Assembly (NCBI RefSeq): GCF_009914755.1
Contig: NC_060927.1
DNA length: 64,000 bases
Reading direction: 5' to 3' (one strand)
Source of the DNA: the human T2T-CHM13v2.0 reference genome, Homo sapiens
Shown: positions 40,165-60,540 of the stretch, in pieces
Numbering within the stretch: the first letter of the stretch is position 1
Layout of the letters: every line of letters begins with the position of its first letter
Notes under the pieces: generated by a model
Databases searched by the model: none
What the model was told of the DNA's origin: nothing
The model's input: only the letters and a program-made list of their open reading frames with translations
Made by a program: the position numbers and the translations under genes

Positions 40165-40609
40165 TTCTGCTTTTATTAGCTGCCTAAAAAATTACCATAA
40201 ACTAAGGGGTTTAAAACAGCAGAAATTTATTCTCTTACAGTTCTGGAGGCCAGAAGTCTAAAATCAAGGTGTCAGCAGAGCATGCCCTTTCTGAAGCCTC
40301 CAGGGAAGAAGACTTTGTTTCCTCTTCTAGCTTCTGATGGTAGCCAGCAAAACTTAGTGTTCCCTGTTTTTTGGCAGCATAATTCCAATCTCTTCCTCCA
40401 TCTTCACATGGTCATCTATCTTCTGTTTGTGTCCAAATTCCCCTTTTCTTATAAAGACAACACTCACTGACTAGGTTAGGGTCCACCCTAATTCAGTATG
40501 ATCTCTTCTTAATTTGATTACATCGGTAAAGACTTATTTCCAAACAAAGTCACATTCACTGGTTTTGGGTGGACAGTAATTTTGGGGAAACACTATTCAA
40601 TCCAGTGCA
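40165..40609 (-). mobile_element. MLT1B/C-type LTR
   Basis: 'cagaaatttattctcttacagttctggaggccagaagtctaaaatcaaggtgtcagcag...cactattcaatccagtgca'. Confidence 0.85.
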
Positions 40610-43600
40610 CCGCTGTTGAGCCATTTTGGAAGAAACTGAATGAATTCTACTAATATGGGCCAGCACCAAGGGTACTACTCCATGCCTTGTGGTGGAGGAA
40701 GGCATGAGCAACAGGCACAACCCCTAAATCTCCATACCCTGTGAGCCCCCACTGACATCCCCCTGTGTCCACCTGGAGGGCTATAGTGGTATAGCACTGA
40801 TTAGACCCAAAGGTGCTATGGGGTCCCCAATACTCTAGTCCACAGGGAATACTGCTTCCCAGGGAAAGGACAGTGCAGCACACCAAAAAGGCAGCCCCTG
40901 GGAAAAAGGAATACAAAGTGCATGTTTTCCAGAGCCTGAGAGCTCCCTGTATGGGGCTGTGAGAATTGACCCCAACTCCAGAAGTGGCACGAACTCTATG
41001 ATCCACCTCACAAGCAGAGTGTGATCCCCTCCCACTGGCAGAACAGCCACTGTGCTCAGTCTCATGCACATAGAGTGGAATCCCTTCTCCTCCTGGACAC
41101 ACTGCTATGGGCACAGTCTCTGCTACCGCTGCTGGGGGCTAGAGCAGGTGAACCAGAAGGCTGCCTGTCTGGGGCTGTGAGTGGTCACTGTGCTCCCACT
41201 GGCAATGTGGCCTTCATGCCTGGACTCATGTGCAAAGGGTAGGGTCACTCCCCACCTCTGCATGGAGCAGTAGTGAGCAGGAGAACCAGAGAGTCTTGTG
41301 TCTGGGGCTGTGGGTGGCAACCCTGCACCACAGCCACTGCCAACATCAGTGTGCAGTTCTCAGAATACAGAGGGCTTTCCAGCCTCTTCTAATGCCATTG
41401 CCCACATGACTCTGGCTTCCCAGGGACCCAAGAACTTGCTCATCCAGCTGGCCCACCACTGCTAATACCGCATCTGAGCAAGCTTCCTGGAGGTCCAAAA
41501 ATTCACCCATCTGATTCCACTAACACTGGAGGCAGTGTATGCTGCCCTGGGGCCCAAGATTAGGCATGCTTAGACCACTGCTACCACCACAGAAGTCTGA
41601 AGACTGACCCACCAGGCATCTCTATCACCATAAAAGCTCAATAAAGCCTCCACTAATAACTGCATCCAAAGACACCAAGGAAGTCCGATGCCAATGGTGC
41701 TGTTTACCACCAAATAAATCATACAAGACTACACTACTGTACACATCCAGAATCAAAGCAAAAGGTCCTACCCAACCAATATCATTGATATATCTTCAGG
41801 AAAAAGCCCTCCCCTATGAAAGCAGCAAATCCAAAAAAAAAAAAAAAAAAAAAAAAACAGGAAAAAGTGACTGTTACACCAGATGCACAGATATCAATGT
41901 AAGGAAAACAAGAAGCATGAAAAAGCAAAGAAATATGACACCCCCAAAGGAACACAATTCCACAGCAAGAGATCCCATTAAAAAATAAATTCATGAAACC
42001 CTGGAAAAAGAATTCAAAATTATAATACCTAAGAAGCTCAGTGAGGTACAACAGAATTTCAAAAAACAATACAATGAAATCGGAAAAAGAACTCAGGATA
42101 TGAATGAGAAATACACCAAACAGAGATATATATTAAAAAAGAATCAAAAAGAAATTTTGGAACTGAAAAATTCTTTAAATGAAACACAAAAAGCACTAGA
42201 AAACTTCAACAATAGACTAGACCAAGCAGAAGAATTTCAAAACTTGAAGACAGGTCTTTTGAAATAACCACTCAGACAAAATAAAGAAAAAATAATAAAA
42301 AAGGATGAGTGAAGACTTATGAGATATGGGACACTATAAAGTGACCAAATATATACATTATTGGTAGCCCCAAAGGTGAGGAATGAAAGAATTTGAAAAC
42401 TTATTTAATGAAATAATAGATGAAAACTTCCCAAGTCTAGTAAAAGATTCAGACATCCAAATATAGGGGACCCAGCAATCCCCAATTAGATACAATGCAA
42501 AAAGGTCTTCTCTATGGCACATTATAGTCAAACTGTCTAAATTCAATGACAAGGAGAAAATTCTAAAATCATCAATAGGAAAGAATCTAGTTACCTGTAA
42601 AGGAGCCCCCATCAGACTAACAGTGAACTTCTCAGCAGAAGTCTTATAGGCCGGGAGAGAATGACAAAATATATTCAAAGTGCTGAAAGAAAAAAAAACC
42701 CTGCCACCCAAAGATATTATATACAACACAAGTATCCTTCATAAATGATATACCTGCCTTACAAGAAGTGCTCAATGGAGTCCTAAACCTGTAAGTGAAA
42801 AGACTACAGTTACCATCAGGAAAACACATGAAAATAGAAAACTCCTTGTTACAGCAAACACACAAATGCACAAGAGAAAAGACTCAATGGTACCACCACA
42901 GAAAATCAGCAAACCACAAGGACAAGAAGTAAGAGAATCAGAAAGGAAAAAGAATATACAAAACAGCCATGAAACAATTAACAATTTGAGAGGAAAAAAA
43001 CCCTCACATATCAATAAGGGCCCTGAATGTAAACAGACTAAATTCTCTACTTAGAAGATATAGACTGGTTGAATTGATTTTTAAAACAGATACAACTACA
43101 TGCTGCCTAAAAGAAATGCACTTTACCTGTTGAGGAGCATACATAAACTGAAAGTAAAGGGATTGAAAAAGATATTCCATGCAAATGGAAACCAAAAGCA
43201 AGCAACAGTAGTTATATCAGATAAAATAGACTTTAAGTCAAAAACAGTAAAAAAAAGACAAAGAAGGTCATTATATAATGATAAAGGGATCAACCAGCAA
43301 GAGGATGTAACAATTCTAAACATATATGCACCCAACACTAGAGCACACACATTCAGAAATAAAAATTGCTGGAGCTAAAGAAAGAGATAGAATTCAATAC
43401 AATAATAGTTGCAGATGTCAATACTCCGCTCTCAGCATTAGACAGATCAAGTAGACAGAAAATAAACATTTAACTTAAACTGTACTTTAGAACAAATGGA
43501 CTTAATAAATATTTACAAAACATTTCATCCAGCAACTGCAGAATATACATTCTTCTCATCAGCACATAGAATATTTTCTAGGACTGACCACATGTTAGGT

Positions 43601-43907
43601 GACAAAACAAGTCACAACAAATTTTTGAAAATCAAAGTCATATCAATCACCTTATCAGACCACAATGGAATAAAACTAAATGTCAAAACCAAGAGGAGCT
43701 TTGAAAACTATACAAATACATGGAAATTAAACATGTTCCTGAATGAACATCAGATCAATAAAGAAATTAAAATGGAAGTTTAAAAATTTCCTGAAACAAA
43801 AGAAAATGAAAACAAATGAAAATGACATATCAACACTTAAGGGACACAGCAAAAGCAGTGCTAAGAGGAAAGATTATAGCAATAAATGCCTACATAAAAA
43901 AACCCAG

Positions 43908-44192
<285 letters not shown>

Positions 44193-44377
44193 AAAAAACC
44201 CAGAAATATTTCACATAAACAATGTAATGATGTACCTCAAGGAACTGGAAAAGCAAGAACATCAAATTAACAGAAGAAAAGAAATAATAAAGATCAGAGC
44301 AGAAGTAAACTAAAATAAAGACTAAAAAAAATACAAATCATCAACAAAACAAAAAATTGGTTCTTCCAAAAAATAGT

Positions 44378-44732
44378 TGATATGGTTTGGCTGTGCCCTC
44401 ACCAAAATCTCAACTTGAATTGTGTCTCCCAGAATTCCCACGTGCTGTGGAAGGGACCCAGTGGGCGGTAATTGAATCACAGGGGCCGGTCTTTCCTGTC
44501 CTATTCTCGTGATAGTGAATAAGTCTCATGAGATCTGATGGGTTTATCAGGGTTTTCTGCTTTTGCTTCCTCCTCATTTTTCTCTTTCCGCTGCCGAGTA
44601 AGAAGAGCCTTTCACCTCCTGCCATGATTCTGTGGCCTCCCCAGCCATGTGGAACTGTAAGTCCAATTAAACCTCTTTTTCTTCCCAGTCTTGGGTATGT
44701 CTTTATCAGCAGCATGAAAACGAACTAATATA
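44378..44732 (+). mobile_element. THE1A-type solo LTR
   Basis: tgatatggtttggctgtg...ctcccagaattcccacg...gggtttatcagg...cagcatgaaaacgaactaata. Confidence 0.9.
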
Positions 44733-45657
44733 AAAGCCAAAATGATAAACTGCTTACTAGAATAACCAAGAAAAGAAGAGGGATTATTTAAATAAACAAA
44801 ATTAGAAATGAAAAAGGAAACATAACTGATACAAGAGAAATACAAAAGATCACCAGAGACTATTGTGAATAACTGTACACTAACAAACTGGAAAACCTAG
44901 GGGAAATGGATACATTCCTGTACATATAAAATCTACCAAGGTTGAATCAGGAAGAAATAGAAAACCTGAACAGCCCAATAATGAGCAGTGAGGTTGAATC
45001 AGTAATAAAAAAAATTCCCCAAAAGAAAAGTCCAGAACTGGATGTTTTCACTGCAGAATTCTACCAAACATATAAAGAAGAACCAATGTCAATCCTCCTC
45101 AAATGATTCCAAAATATTGAAGAGAAAGGGATTCTCCCTGACTCATTCTATGAGCCAGCATTAGCCTGATACCAAAACCAGAAAAAATACAACAAAAAAC
45201 TACAGGCCAGTATCCTTCATGAATACAGATACAAAAAATCCTCAACGGAATACTAGCAAACTGAATCCAACAGCACATAAAAAAGATAATACACATGATC
45301 AAATGGGATTTATCCCAAGGAAACAAGAACTGTCCAACATACACAGATCAATAAAAGTGATACATCACATCATCAGAATAAAGGACAAAAATCATATGAT
45401 CATCTCAATAAATGCAGAAAAAGCATTTGATATAATTCAATATCCATTCATGATAAAAACTCTCAACACACTAGGCATAGAAGGACCATAGCTTAAAGTA
45501 ATAAAGGCTATATATGACAAACCCACAGCTAACATCATCCTAAATGGGAAAAAGTTGAAAGCTTTTCCTCTAATAACTGGAAAAAGACAAGGATGCCCAC
45601 TTTCACCACTCCTATTCAACATGGTACTACATGTCCTAGTCAGAGCAATTAGGCAAT

Positions 45658-48600
45658 ATTTATTGCACTTAATGCCTACAAAAGAAAACAAGAAAGGTGT
45701 CAAATTAATAACTTCATCTTCCACCTTAAGAAACTAGTAAATGAAGAGCAAAGTGAACTCAAAAGTAGGCAGAAGAAAGGTCTTAAATCAATGACTATGC
45801 TTCTTCCTTAAAACGCTAGAAAAATAAGAGCAAATTAAACTCAGAGTAAGTGGAAGAAGTAAAATAATAAAGCTCAGATTAGGAATCAAATGAAATAGAA
45901 AAGAGAAAAAAACCCAGAAAATCAATAAAATCAAAATCTGATTCTTTGAGAAGATTGATTAAAATTAATAAGTAGCTAGCCAGATTTATCAAGAGGAAAA
46001 GAAAAACAAATTTTAAAATATCAGGAATGATAGAGAATATATTATTAAAGGTTCTAAGGATATTAAAAAGGATAACAAAAGGATATTGTGAAAAACTTTG
46101 CCAATAAATCCAACAATTTAGGTGAAGTGGAAAAATTATTTGAAAGATGCAAACTGCCAAAGTTCATTCAAGAAAAAATAGAGAACATAAATAACTGTGT
46201 ATCTATTGGCTAAATTGAATTTGTAGTTTAAAATTCTCCTACAAAGAAAACTTCAGACTCAGGTAATTACACCATATACCAAACATATAATACCTATTCT
46301 ACATGAACCTTTCCAGAAAACTGAAAAGAAGGAAATACTTTCCAACTCATTTTATAAGACCAGCCTTACTCTGCCCCCCAAAACATGAAAATGACATTAC
46401 AAGGAAAGAAAATTATAGAAAAATATACCAAGTGAACTGGACAGAGGATAAAAATTCTAAACAAAATTTTAGCAATTTGGATCCAATAATATGCAAAAAG
46501 CATAATATATTATGACCAATCATAGCATACTCCAGGAATGTATGGTTGGTTTAACATTTGAAAATGAATCACAATAATTTACTAAATTAAAAAACTAAAA
46601 GAGAAAAACCACATGATTATCTTAACAGAGATGAAAAACACTTGATAGTATTTAAAATAATTCACAATAAAAATTTCCAGCAAAGTAGGAATAGAAGGAA
46701 ACATCTTCAAACTGATAAAAGCCTTCTACCGGAAACCTACAGCTAACATTATTCTTTATGGTTAAATACAGAATGATTCTTCCCCCTCAACCCCCATCCC
46801 ATCTAAGGTTAAGGAAAAGACCAGGATGTCTACTCCCACCACTTCCATTCAACACTGTACTGAAGGGTCACAATAAGGCAAGAAAAAGAAATAAAAGGCA
46901 TCTAGAAGAGAAAGAAAGAAAGCTGTTTTCAATTCACAGATGACATTATCATCTATGTAGAAAATCTGATTGAATCTACAGAAAAAGCTGCTGCAACTAA
47001 TAAGTGCATCAAGCAAGATTGCATGATACAAGATCAATATATAAAAATCAACTGTATTCCATATATTAGCAATAAACAATGAGAAATTGAAATAAAAATA
47101 CCTTTTACAAAAGCATGAACAAATAGGAGTTACTTAAGAATAAATCTGACAAAAGATGTTCGAGCCTATACTCTGCAAACTAAAAATCATTCCTGAAAGA
47201 AATTAATAAAAAGATTCCATAAAGGCTTCTATTAATTAAAACCATAAACAAATGGGAGGATATACTGAATTTATGGGTTGGAAGACTTGATAATGCTAAG
47301 ATGTCACTTTTCTCCAAATTGATCTACAGATTCAGTGCAATCCAAGTCAAAATCCCAGCAGGCTTTTTTTTTGGTAGAAATAGACAAATCAAATCTGAAA
47401 TTCATGTGGAAATGCGAAGGACATAGAAGCAGCAAATCAACTGTTAAAAATAATAACACAGAGGAGAAACAACATCTCATTTCAAGGCATATTATAAAAC
47501 TGCATTAATTAAGACAGTGTGATATTGATACCAGGATAGGCAAATAGAATATTGGAACACAATAGAGAGTCCAGAAATAGGCTCACACATATGTGGATGT
47601 ATACTGGTTTTTAAAAAAAATTTTCTAAATTTTTAAACATTAAAATTCATCACTAACCATATATGGATTTTGGACAAAGACAATACAATAGAGAAAAGAT
47701 TTTGACTTTTCAACAAATGGTGCTGAAAAAAGTGTTTATAATATGCAATACTCAAATCACATCTCACAATAATTCAAAAATTAATTCAAAATGGACCATA
47801 TACCTAAACTTAAAGCATGAGTCTATCAGGTTTCCATGAGAAAATATTAAAAAAAAACTTTTTTGACTTTGGATTAAACAAATACTCCTGAGATACCACA
47901 CCAAAAGCACGATCCAATAAAAGACAAATTGCTAAACAGAATGTCATCAAAATTAAAATGCCATACCTTTGAAAGATACTGTTAAGAGAATGAAAATACA
48001 AGCCACAGACTAGAAGGAAATGTTTTAAATACATATATCTGATAAAGAACTTTATCAGAATATTAAAAACTCTCAAAACATAATAAAAAAGTAATTAATG
48101 GGCTAAAAATTGTAATAGGCATTTTACCATGGAAGTTATATGGATAGCAAATAAGCACATGGAAAGATGCACAGCATCATGTGTCATTAGGGAAATGCAG
48201 ATTAAAACCAGAAGATAATATCATTTCACACTTATTAGAATGGCTGAAATTAAAAAGACTGCCCATGCCAAGTATTGGGAAAAATGTGAGTAATTAGAAC
48301 CCTCATAAATTGCTGATGGGAATATAAAATGGCACAACCAATTTGGAAAACAAACTGTTAGTTTCTTCAAAAGCTAAATATTCACCTACCATATGATATA
48401 GTTATTCCACTCCTAGGTATTTACCCAAGAGTGAAACCGTATATTCAAAACCATACAAGATTTTGCAGCTCTCTTTATAATAGTCCCAAACTGGAAACAA
48501 CATAGATATCCATCATTAGTTTAATGGATAAAAAAATTATGATACATCCAAATAATGGAATATTATTGACCTGCAAAAACAAATCAACTATTAAAACATA

Positions 48601-48885
48601 CTATAACAAGGATGAATATCCATGTAATAAATATGGATGAAAAATCTAGAAAGAAAAGACTATGTACATCTGATTCCATTTATTGAAAATTTGGAAAATG
48701 CATACTAATCTATAGTATGGAAAGAAAAATCAGTGATTATCTGGCAACAGGGTGGATTATGGGCAGGGAGGAGTAGAGTAAGGGATTGGAAAGGAACAAG
48801 GAAATTTTGAGAGTAATGGAGATCTTCATTGTCTTGATAGTTTCATGAATGTATGCATATACAAAACTTATAAAATTTGACTATA
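45658..48885 (+). mobile_element. Ancient L1M (L1MC/L1MD-like) ORF2 remnant plus 3' UTR
   Basis: Highly decayed ORF2 ('ttcacagatgacattatcatctatgtagaaaatc'); 3' UTR 'actaatctatagt...aatcagtgatt'. Confidence 0.75.
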
Positions 48886-49116
48886 CCCTGTGAGGATGGA
48901 TGAAATAGAAATAATGACAAATCCCAAGGTCAATGAGGATGTAGGGCAATTGTAACTCATACATTGCTAGAGCAATAAAAATTGATAAAAACCATTTTGG
49001 AAAACTCCTCAGCAGTGTTTATCTACTATCAAATACTGCATACCTTGTCTTCATACTGCATACTCTATAACCCATTAATTTCACTTCTGGGCATACATAA
49101 ACAACAAAATTTAGCC

Positions 49117-49428
49117 TTTTTTTTTTTGAGACAGGGTCTTGCTTTGTCACCTAGGCTGGAGTGTAGTGGCGCAGTAACTGTTGTCTTCAATGGCTCACTG
49201 CCGATTCAGTCTTCCGGGGTCTCAAGTGATCCTCCTGCCTCAGCTTCCTGAGTAGCTGTGACTATAGGTGCATACCACCATGCTTAGATTTTTTTAAAAT
49301 TTATTTTTTGTAGAGACAGAGTCTCACTATGATGCCCTGGCTGATCTCAAATTCCCGGGCTCAAGTGATCTTCTCACCTTGGCCCCCAAAAGTGCTGGGA
49401 TTGCAAGCACGAGCCACTGTGCCTGGCC
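49117..49428 (-). mobile_element. AluJ
   Basis: 'gagacagggtcttgctttgtcacc', 'ggctcaagtgatc' J-type motifs; T-tail. Confidence 0.9.
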
Positions 49429-49630
49429 TTGTTTATTTTCTTAACCATGAAAAAATATGTACAAGAATCTTTATAACAACCGTATTCATAATGATTAATG
49501 ACTGAAAGCAGCCTACGTCTATGATCCATATAATAGATAAGTAAATTGTGATATGTTCACAACTATGAAATCTATTGATATACGTAACAACATAGATGAA
49601 TCTCATGGATATAATGTTAAGCAATAGAAG

Positions 49631-50173
49631 CCAGTCACAATACATACTGTATATATTAGTTTTCTATTTCTTCTCTAACAAATTACCCCAAACTAAGTGG
49701 TTTAAAACAACACAAATTCATTATCTTACAGTTCTAGAATCAGAAGTCAAAAATCAGTTTTGGTGGGCTACAATTAAGGTGTCAACAGGGTTCTGTTTCT
49801 TCTGGAGGCTGGAGGGGAGAATTCGTTCCCTTACCTTTCACAGTCTCTAGGCTCCACCACCTTCAAAGCCTGCAGCATAGCATCTTCCAATCACCTTCTC
49901 TCTCTCCCTCTCCTCCTTTTCAATATCTGCGCCTGTTTTCATCTCTCCTTCTTTAACTCTCCTGCCTCCTGCTTTCTTTCATATGGGCCCCTGCGATTAC
50001 ACTGGGCCCACCCACAGAATCCAAGGTAATTCCCCCATCTCAAGATTCTTAATCATATCTACAGTCCGTTTTTTTTTTTTCCATGTAAGGCAATATAGTC
50101 ACAGGTTTCAAAGATTAGGACTTGAGCATCTTTATTTGGGGTGGGAAAAAGGGCATTATTCCGCCTTGTACAC
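49631..50173 (-). mobile_element. MLT1D-type LTR
   Basis: 'aacaaattaccccaaactaagtggtttaaaacaacacaaattcattatcttacagttct...gattacactgggcccaccc...aatccaaggtaattccccc'. Confidence 0.85.
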
Positions 50174-50384
50174 TATGATTCGATTTATATGGAGTTTAAA
50201 ATAGGCAAAACTAATCTCTGGTGACAAAAGCCAGGACAGTAGTTACCTTTAGAACCATCAACTGGTAGAACCAGAAAGGCATCTACTAGGATACTGGATA
50301 TCTTTTATAACTTAATCTGTAGGTGTATACTTAAAATTTTTGCACTTTAGGTTATGCAAGTTATAGCTGAATAAAAATAAACAT

Positions 50385-51170
50385 AAATTAATAGAAATCC
50401 TGGAATAAAAAATAGATTAAATCTTGTAGAATACAGAACAGCTAAAAATACTTGAAGGATATGGACAAGTAAAAGTACTAGGGAAAAGTTAAATGACGAA
50501 AAAGACCAGTCCAGGAAAGGCAATATCTAATTATTAGGAATTCCATAAACAAAAAAATTGAGAAGCTATATATGTAGGAAGAAATATTAAAAGAAATAAT
50601 AAGAAAATAATATGTCAGAGTTGAAGAAAGACAAGCTTTCATTGAGAGGATAGCTGAGTGCTAAGCAGGATAACCACATGTGTCTTGATTATATATAAGA
50701 AGTTCAAGGATAAAAACCCTGAAAGCTTTCAAATAGAATAAGAGTATATTATCTATGAAAGTCCTATTGCCATCAGTAATATTGAATTTACAAGGCAATG
50801 AAGCATTACATTTACATTCAGAAAGAAAATAATGTTGAATCAGAATTTTATACCCAGCAAAATAATCATTCCATGCACTTTTTCTTAAAAAACAAACAAA
50901 AAACAAGAGGCTGTAGTTCAGCAAAAGGAAGTGAGACAGTTCCAAGAAACTGTGGAGTTAGCTCAAGGTAAATATTCCAGCATGATGGTCATGCAGCAGA
51001 TGAGAAATCAATTGATCCAAATTAGAATAGGAAGTCAGAGGGCTCCAAAACTGTTGTCTTTAATATAGAAGTGAACTCTGTTGAGCAAACACTGTGATTA
51101 AGAAGCAAGAGAATTCTTATGATATGTAGATGTTATATCTCTTTTTTGAGCAACAACAAGAAATGGAATT
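50385..51170 (+). mobile_element. Very old L1M/HAL1-like ORF1 remnant (probably resumes at 57395-57640)
   Basis: 'aggcaatgaagcattacattt...agaattttatacccagcaaaataatc' resembles the ORF1 C-terminal QPRILYPAK region. Confidence 0.5.
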
Positions 51171-51183
51171 AAAAACTCTAATG

Positions 51184-57381
<6,198 letters not shown>

Positions 57382-57642
57382 AAAACCTCTAATGAAATAT
57401 TATTTATTGGCTGTCAATTTTAAAATCTGTAAGAGACATATTGAAATTACTAATATATTATTCTTACAATTGAAAAGAAGTGGTAAAACAGAATTCCAGG
57501 AAGGAGGAGGAACAGAGGTAGAGGACAGTACAAGAAGATTAATTTCATCATTAAATACAAATTAGAGTATCAAGAGATACTGTCTAAAGTTGATTAAGCA
57601 ATAAATAAAATTTAAAGTGTATTTTTAAAAAGTTATACTAGT

Positions 57643-58960
57643 ACAAGTAGTTCCCATTTTGCATGGTAACATGGGGTCAAAAAGTGACTGCACATGCTTC
57701 AATTACACAGTTGCTTTAATTATCAATGGAAAACATTTGTTTGTTCCATGACCTCTAAAAATTGTTGCCAAAACATTAAAAGCTTTCTTACTGTTGTTTG
57801 TAAATGTATAGAGAAATAAAAATAGTAAAACTAATATTTATACTATAATGTCAAACATTAGAAACATTTAAAGTGTTTTATTTATTTCTAAAGAACTATC
57901 AAGAGAAGTTTGAATGGTTCTTTACTTCTTAAAATACAAAGTGAGAATCCTTTTGATGCCTTGACAAATTGACATACTCCTTTCTAAGTTTGGATCAGCT
58001 CCTAATATTTTATCTTTTTTGCTTTCAATGTCTTAAAATATCCCTGAGAATTCCTTTAGCATGAAGATTTTGCTGGGATGTTCTTCTGGGACATCTTCAT
58101 CCTTTTCATCACAAAGACCTATTTGTATCCCTAAGTTGCCATCAAGTTCCTCTGGCAGCATATCTAGAGTTTCTTGAATGCCAGCAGTGTCAGCATTCCT
58201 ATAGTTAGCTATGTCTTCTATAACTCTGTTTATGTTTGATTTAAATTTAACCTCCAGTGTTACTACTTTCCATTTCCTGTTTTTTACTTTTGTCTTTTTT
58301 GGCCAATTCCTCCTCAATTATCCATTTTTGTAAAATGTCACCTGGATTAAGAAAATGTGGCACATATACACCATGGAATACTATGCAGCCATAAAAAATG
58401 ATGAGTTCATGTCCTTTGTAGGGACATGGATGAAATTGGAAATCATCATTCTCAGTAAACTATCGCAAGGACAAAAAACCAAACACCACATGTTCTCACT
58501 CACAGGTGGGAATTGAACAATGAGAACACATGGACACAGGAAGGGGAACATCACACTCTGGGGACTGTTGTGTGGTGGGGTGAGGGGGGAGGGATAGCAT
58601 TAGGAGATATACCTAATGCTAAATGACGAGTTAATGGGTGCAGCACACCAGCATGGCACATGTATACATATGTAACTAATCTGCACATTGTGCACATGTA
58701 CCCTAAAACTTAAAGTGTAATAATAATAAAATTAAATTAAATTTAATTTAATTTAAAAAAAATGTCACATACGGTTATCAATGGGAAGCAAGAAGGCAAT
58801 AAAACTAGATTTACTGTCTGTGTGTTTTGCTGTCTTTGTTATCAGTCAGACAGATTTTGAAAAAAGTTATCTAATTGGTTCCTAACCATAATGTACATTA
58901 TGTAGTGATTTGTGGACTAAAGAGTAACATCTATGTTTGTACTTTATGCAATTACTCCCA
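57643..58960 (-). mobile_element. TcMar-Tigger DNA transposon remnant (internally deleted), interrupted by L1PA2
   Basis: Minus ORF 58033-58317 has a 'RKWKVVTLEVK' Tigger N-terminal motif fused to an acidic C-terminal region (ETLDMLPEEL...CDEKDEDVPEE); boundaries approximate. Confidence 0.6.
58342..58758 (+). mobile_element. Short 5'-truncated young L1 (L1PA2-like)
   Basis: 'tatcgcaaggacaaaaaacc', 'accagcatggcac', 'gtaactaa'; perfect TSD aaaatgtcac at 58332-58341 and 58759-58768. Confidence 0.92.
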
Positions 58961-58964
58961 GGCA

Positions 58965-59235
58965 ATATTTTTAAAACATTAATGTGAGTGTAGTTTAAAA
59001 TTCCCTCTTGACCTTTCCAGTCAATTTCTTACCCTGTCCTTTGCACAATCAACCATAATTCTGAGTTCTATCACTATAAATTAGTTTTGTCTGCCCTTAA
59101 ATGACTATAAATGGAATCACAATAAAGTGTGTACTCTTTCGTGCCTGACTTCTTTCACTTAACATGTTATTTTTGAGAGTCATTCATGTTGTTGTATGTA
59201 TCAATGGTTCCTTATTGGTTATTGTCGAGTGATGT
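58965..59235 (-). mobile_element. L1MC/L1MD 3' fragment
   Basis: 'ttctatcactataaattagttttgtctg...aaatggaatcac...tctttcacttaacatgttatttttgaga'. Confidence 0.7.
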
Positions 59236-59489
59236 TGACATATAATTTAAAAAATTTAAACATGTTTTCATAGTAAAACATTAAAGAAGTACAAAAGTAA
59301 AAAATAAAATTTTTTGAACTCTCCAATTTCTGTTCTTAACAAGGGACCATTATTAACAGTTGCTTGTCTAGACATTTTTTCTGCATGTATAGAGTATTTC
59401 TAATCTTAAAATAACCATAGACATATGACTCATGTTTATTTTCCTTGTTCCCTTCAGGCAATAGCATAAACTCTTGATTAACTTATATC

Positions 59490-60540
59490 ATAATAGAGAG
59501 ACTCACTGATATTTCCAAACCTCACACTTGACTTTCTATTATTTTCCATCTTAGTTATTTGTAACCAATTCTTTTAATTGGTTAGGCCAGACATCTTGTG
59601 ATCATCTTTGACTCCTTTTAGTTACCTCCTTGGCACATCTTTTCACTCTACCTTTAAATATATCCAGAATCTGATTATTTTTCACCTTTTCCACTTCTAC
59701 TACCCAGTAAAAGCCAACATTACTTTTCACCCGGATCATTGCAATCTCTTCCTTGCAAAGCATTTAAAAAATTACTCCTCCTTCCCTCTTTTTCCCTTTT
59801 CGGAGTAGTCCATTCCCCAGAGAGCTGCCAAGGTGAGCATGTGAATACCTAACTTGGATCACGCTGCATCTGGGCACGAGACACTCTAAGGGCTTCCCAT
59901 CCTACTCAGAGTAAAAGCCAAAGTGTTCACACTATCCTACAAGACCTTGCATAATTTAACTCCCATAAACTCTCTGATTTCATCTTCTATTGTTATTCTC
60001 CTCACATATTCTCCACTCATAAAGTCCTCTTTAACTACACTGGTCTCTTTGCTGTCCCTCAAAGACTCCAGAAATGCTTCTGCCATATATGCCCCCTCTC
60101 CCAGCCCCCTGCCAGATACCAGAGGTCTCTCTGACCTCTTTTGTGTTTTACTGTGCTCAAATATCACCTTTTCAGTGTGGGCCATTCTTGACTACTTTGC
60201 TCAAAATTGCAACACCCTCCTCAGAATGTCCCATTCTCCTTCCCTGCTTTTCCTCCACACTACTCATCACTATCTAATAAACTATTTATTTCACTTATTT
60301 GCTTATTGTGTGTCTCCCTCCACTAAAATGTAAGATGTGCCATTCTACTTCCCTGATTTTCCTCCATATTATTCATCATTATCTAATAAACTATTTATTT
60401 CACTTATTTGCTTATTGTGTGTCTCCCTCCACTAAAATGTAAGATCTGTGAATTCGGAGTTTTTTCTGTCTTATTCGCTGTTGTGCTTAGAACAGTACTT
60501 GGCACATAATAGGTACTCAATAAATATTTTTAAAAAGAAT
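59490..60540 (+). mobile_element. L2 (L2a-like) 3' portion
   Basis: 'ggcttcccatcctactcagagtaaaagccaaagt' and terminus 'gcttagaacagtacttggcacataataggtactcaataaatatt'. Confidence 0.85.
60228..60445. repeat. 109-bp tandem duplication inside L2
   Basis: Copies at 60228-60336 and 60337-60445; 102/109 identical. Confidence 0.95.

Larger units (their letters stand above)
48885..50385 (+). mobile_element. L1ME-like 3' region, interrupted by AluJ and MLT1D
   Basis: 'gatgaatctcatggatataatgttaagcaatagaagccagtcacaa' resumes after the LTR as 'tatgattcgatttatatggagtttaaaataggcaaaactaatc'. Confidence 0.65.

Noticed and set aside
41833-41857. Long internal A-runs (also ~53512-53537, ~56499-56518) as separate insertions
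   Set aside because: They sit at native L1 A-runs with no TSD, so slippage expansion is the simpler explanation.
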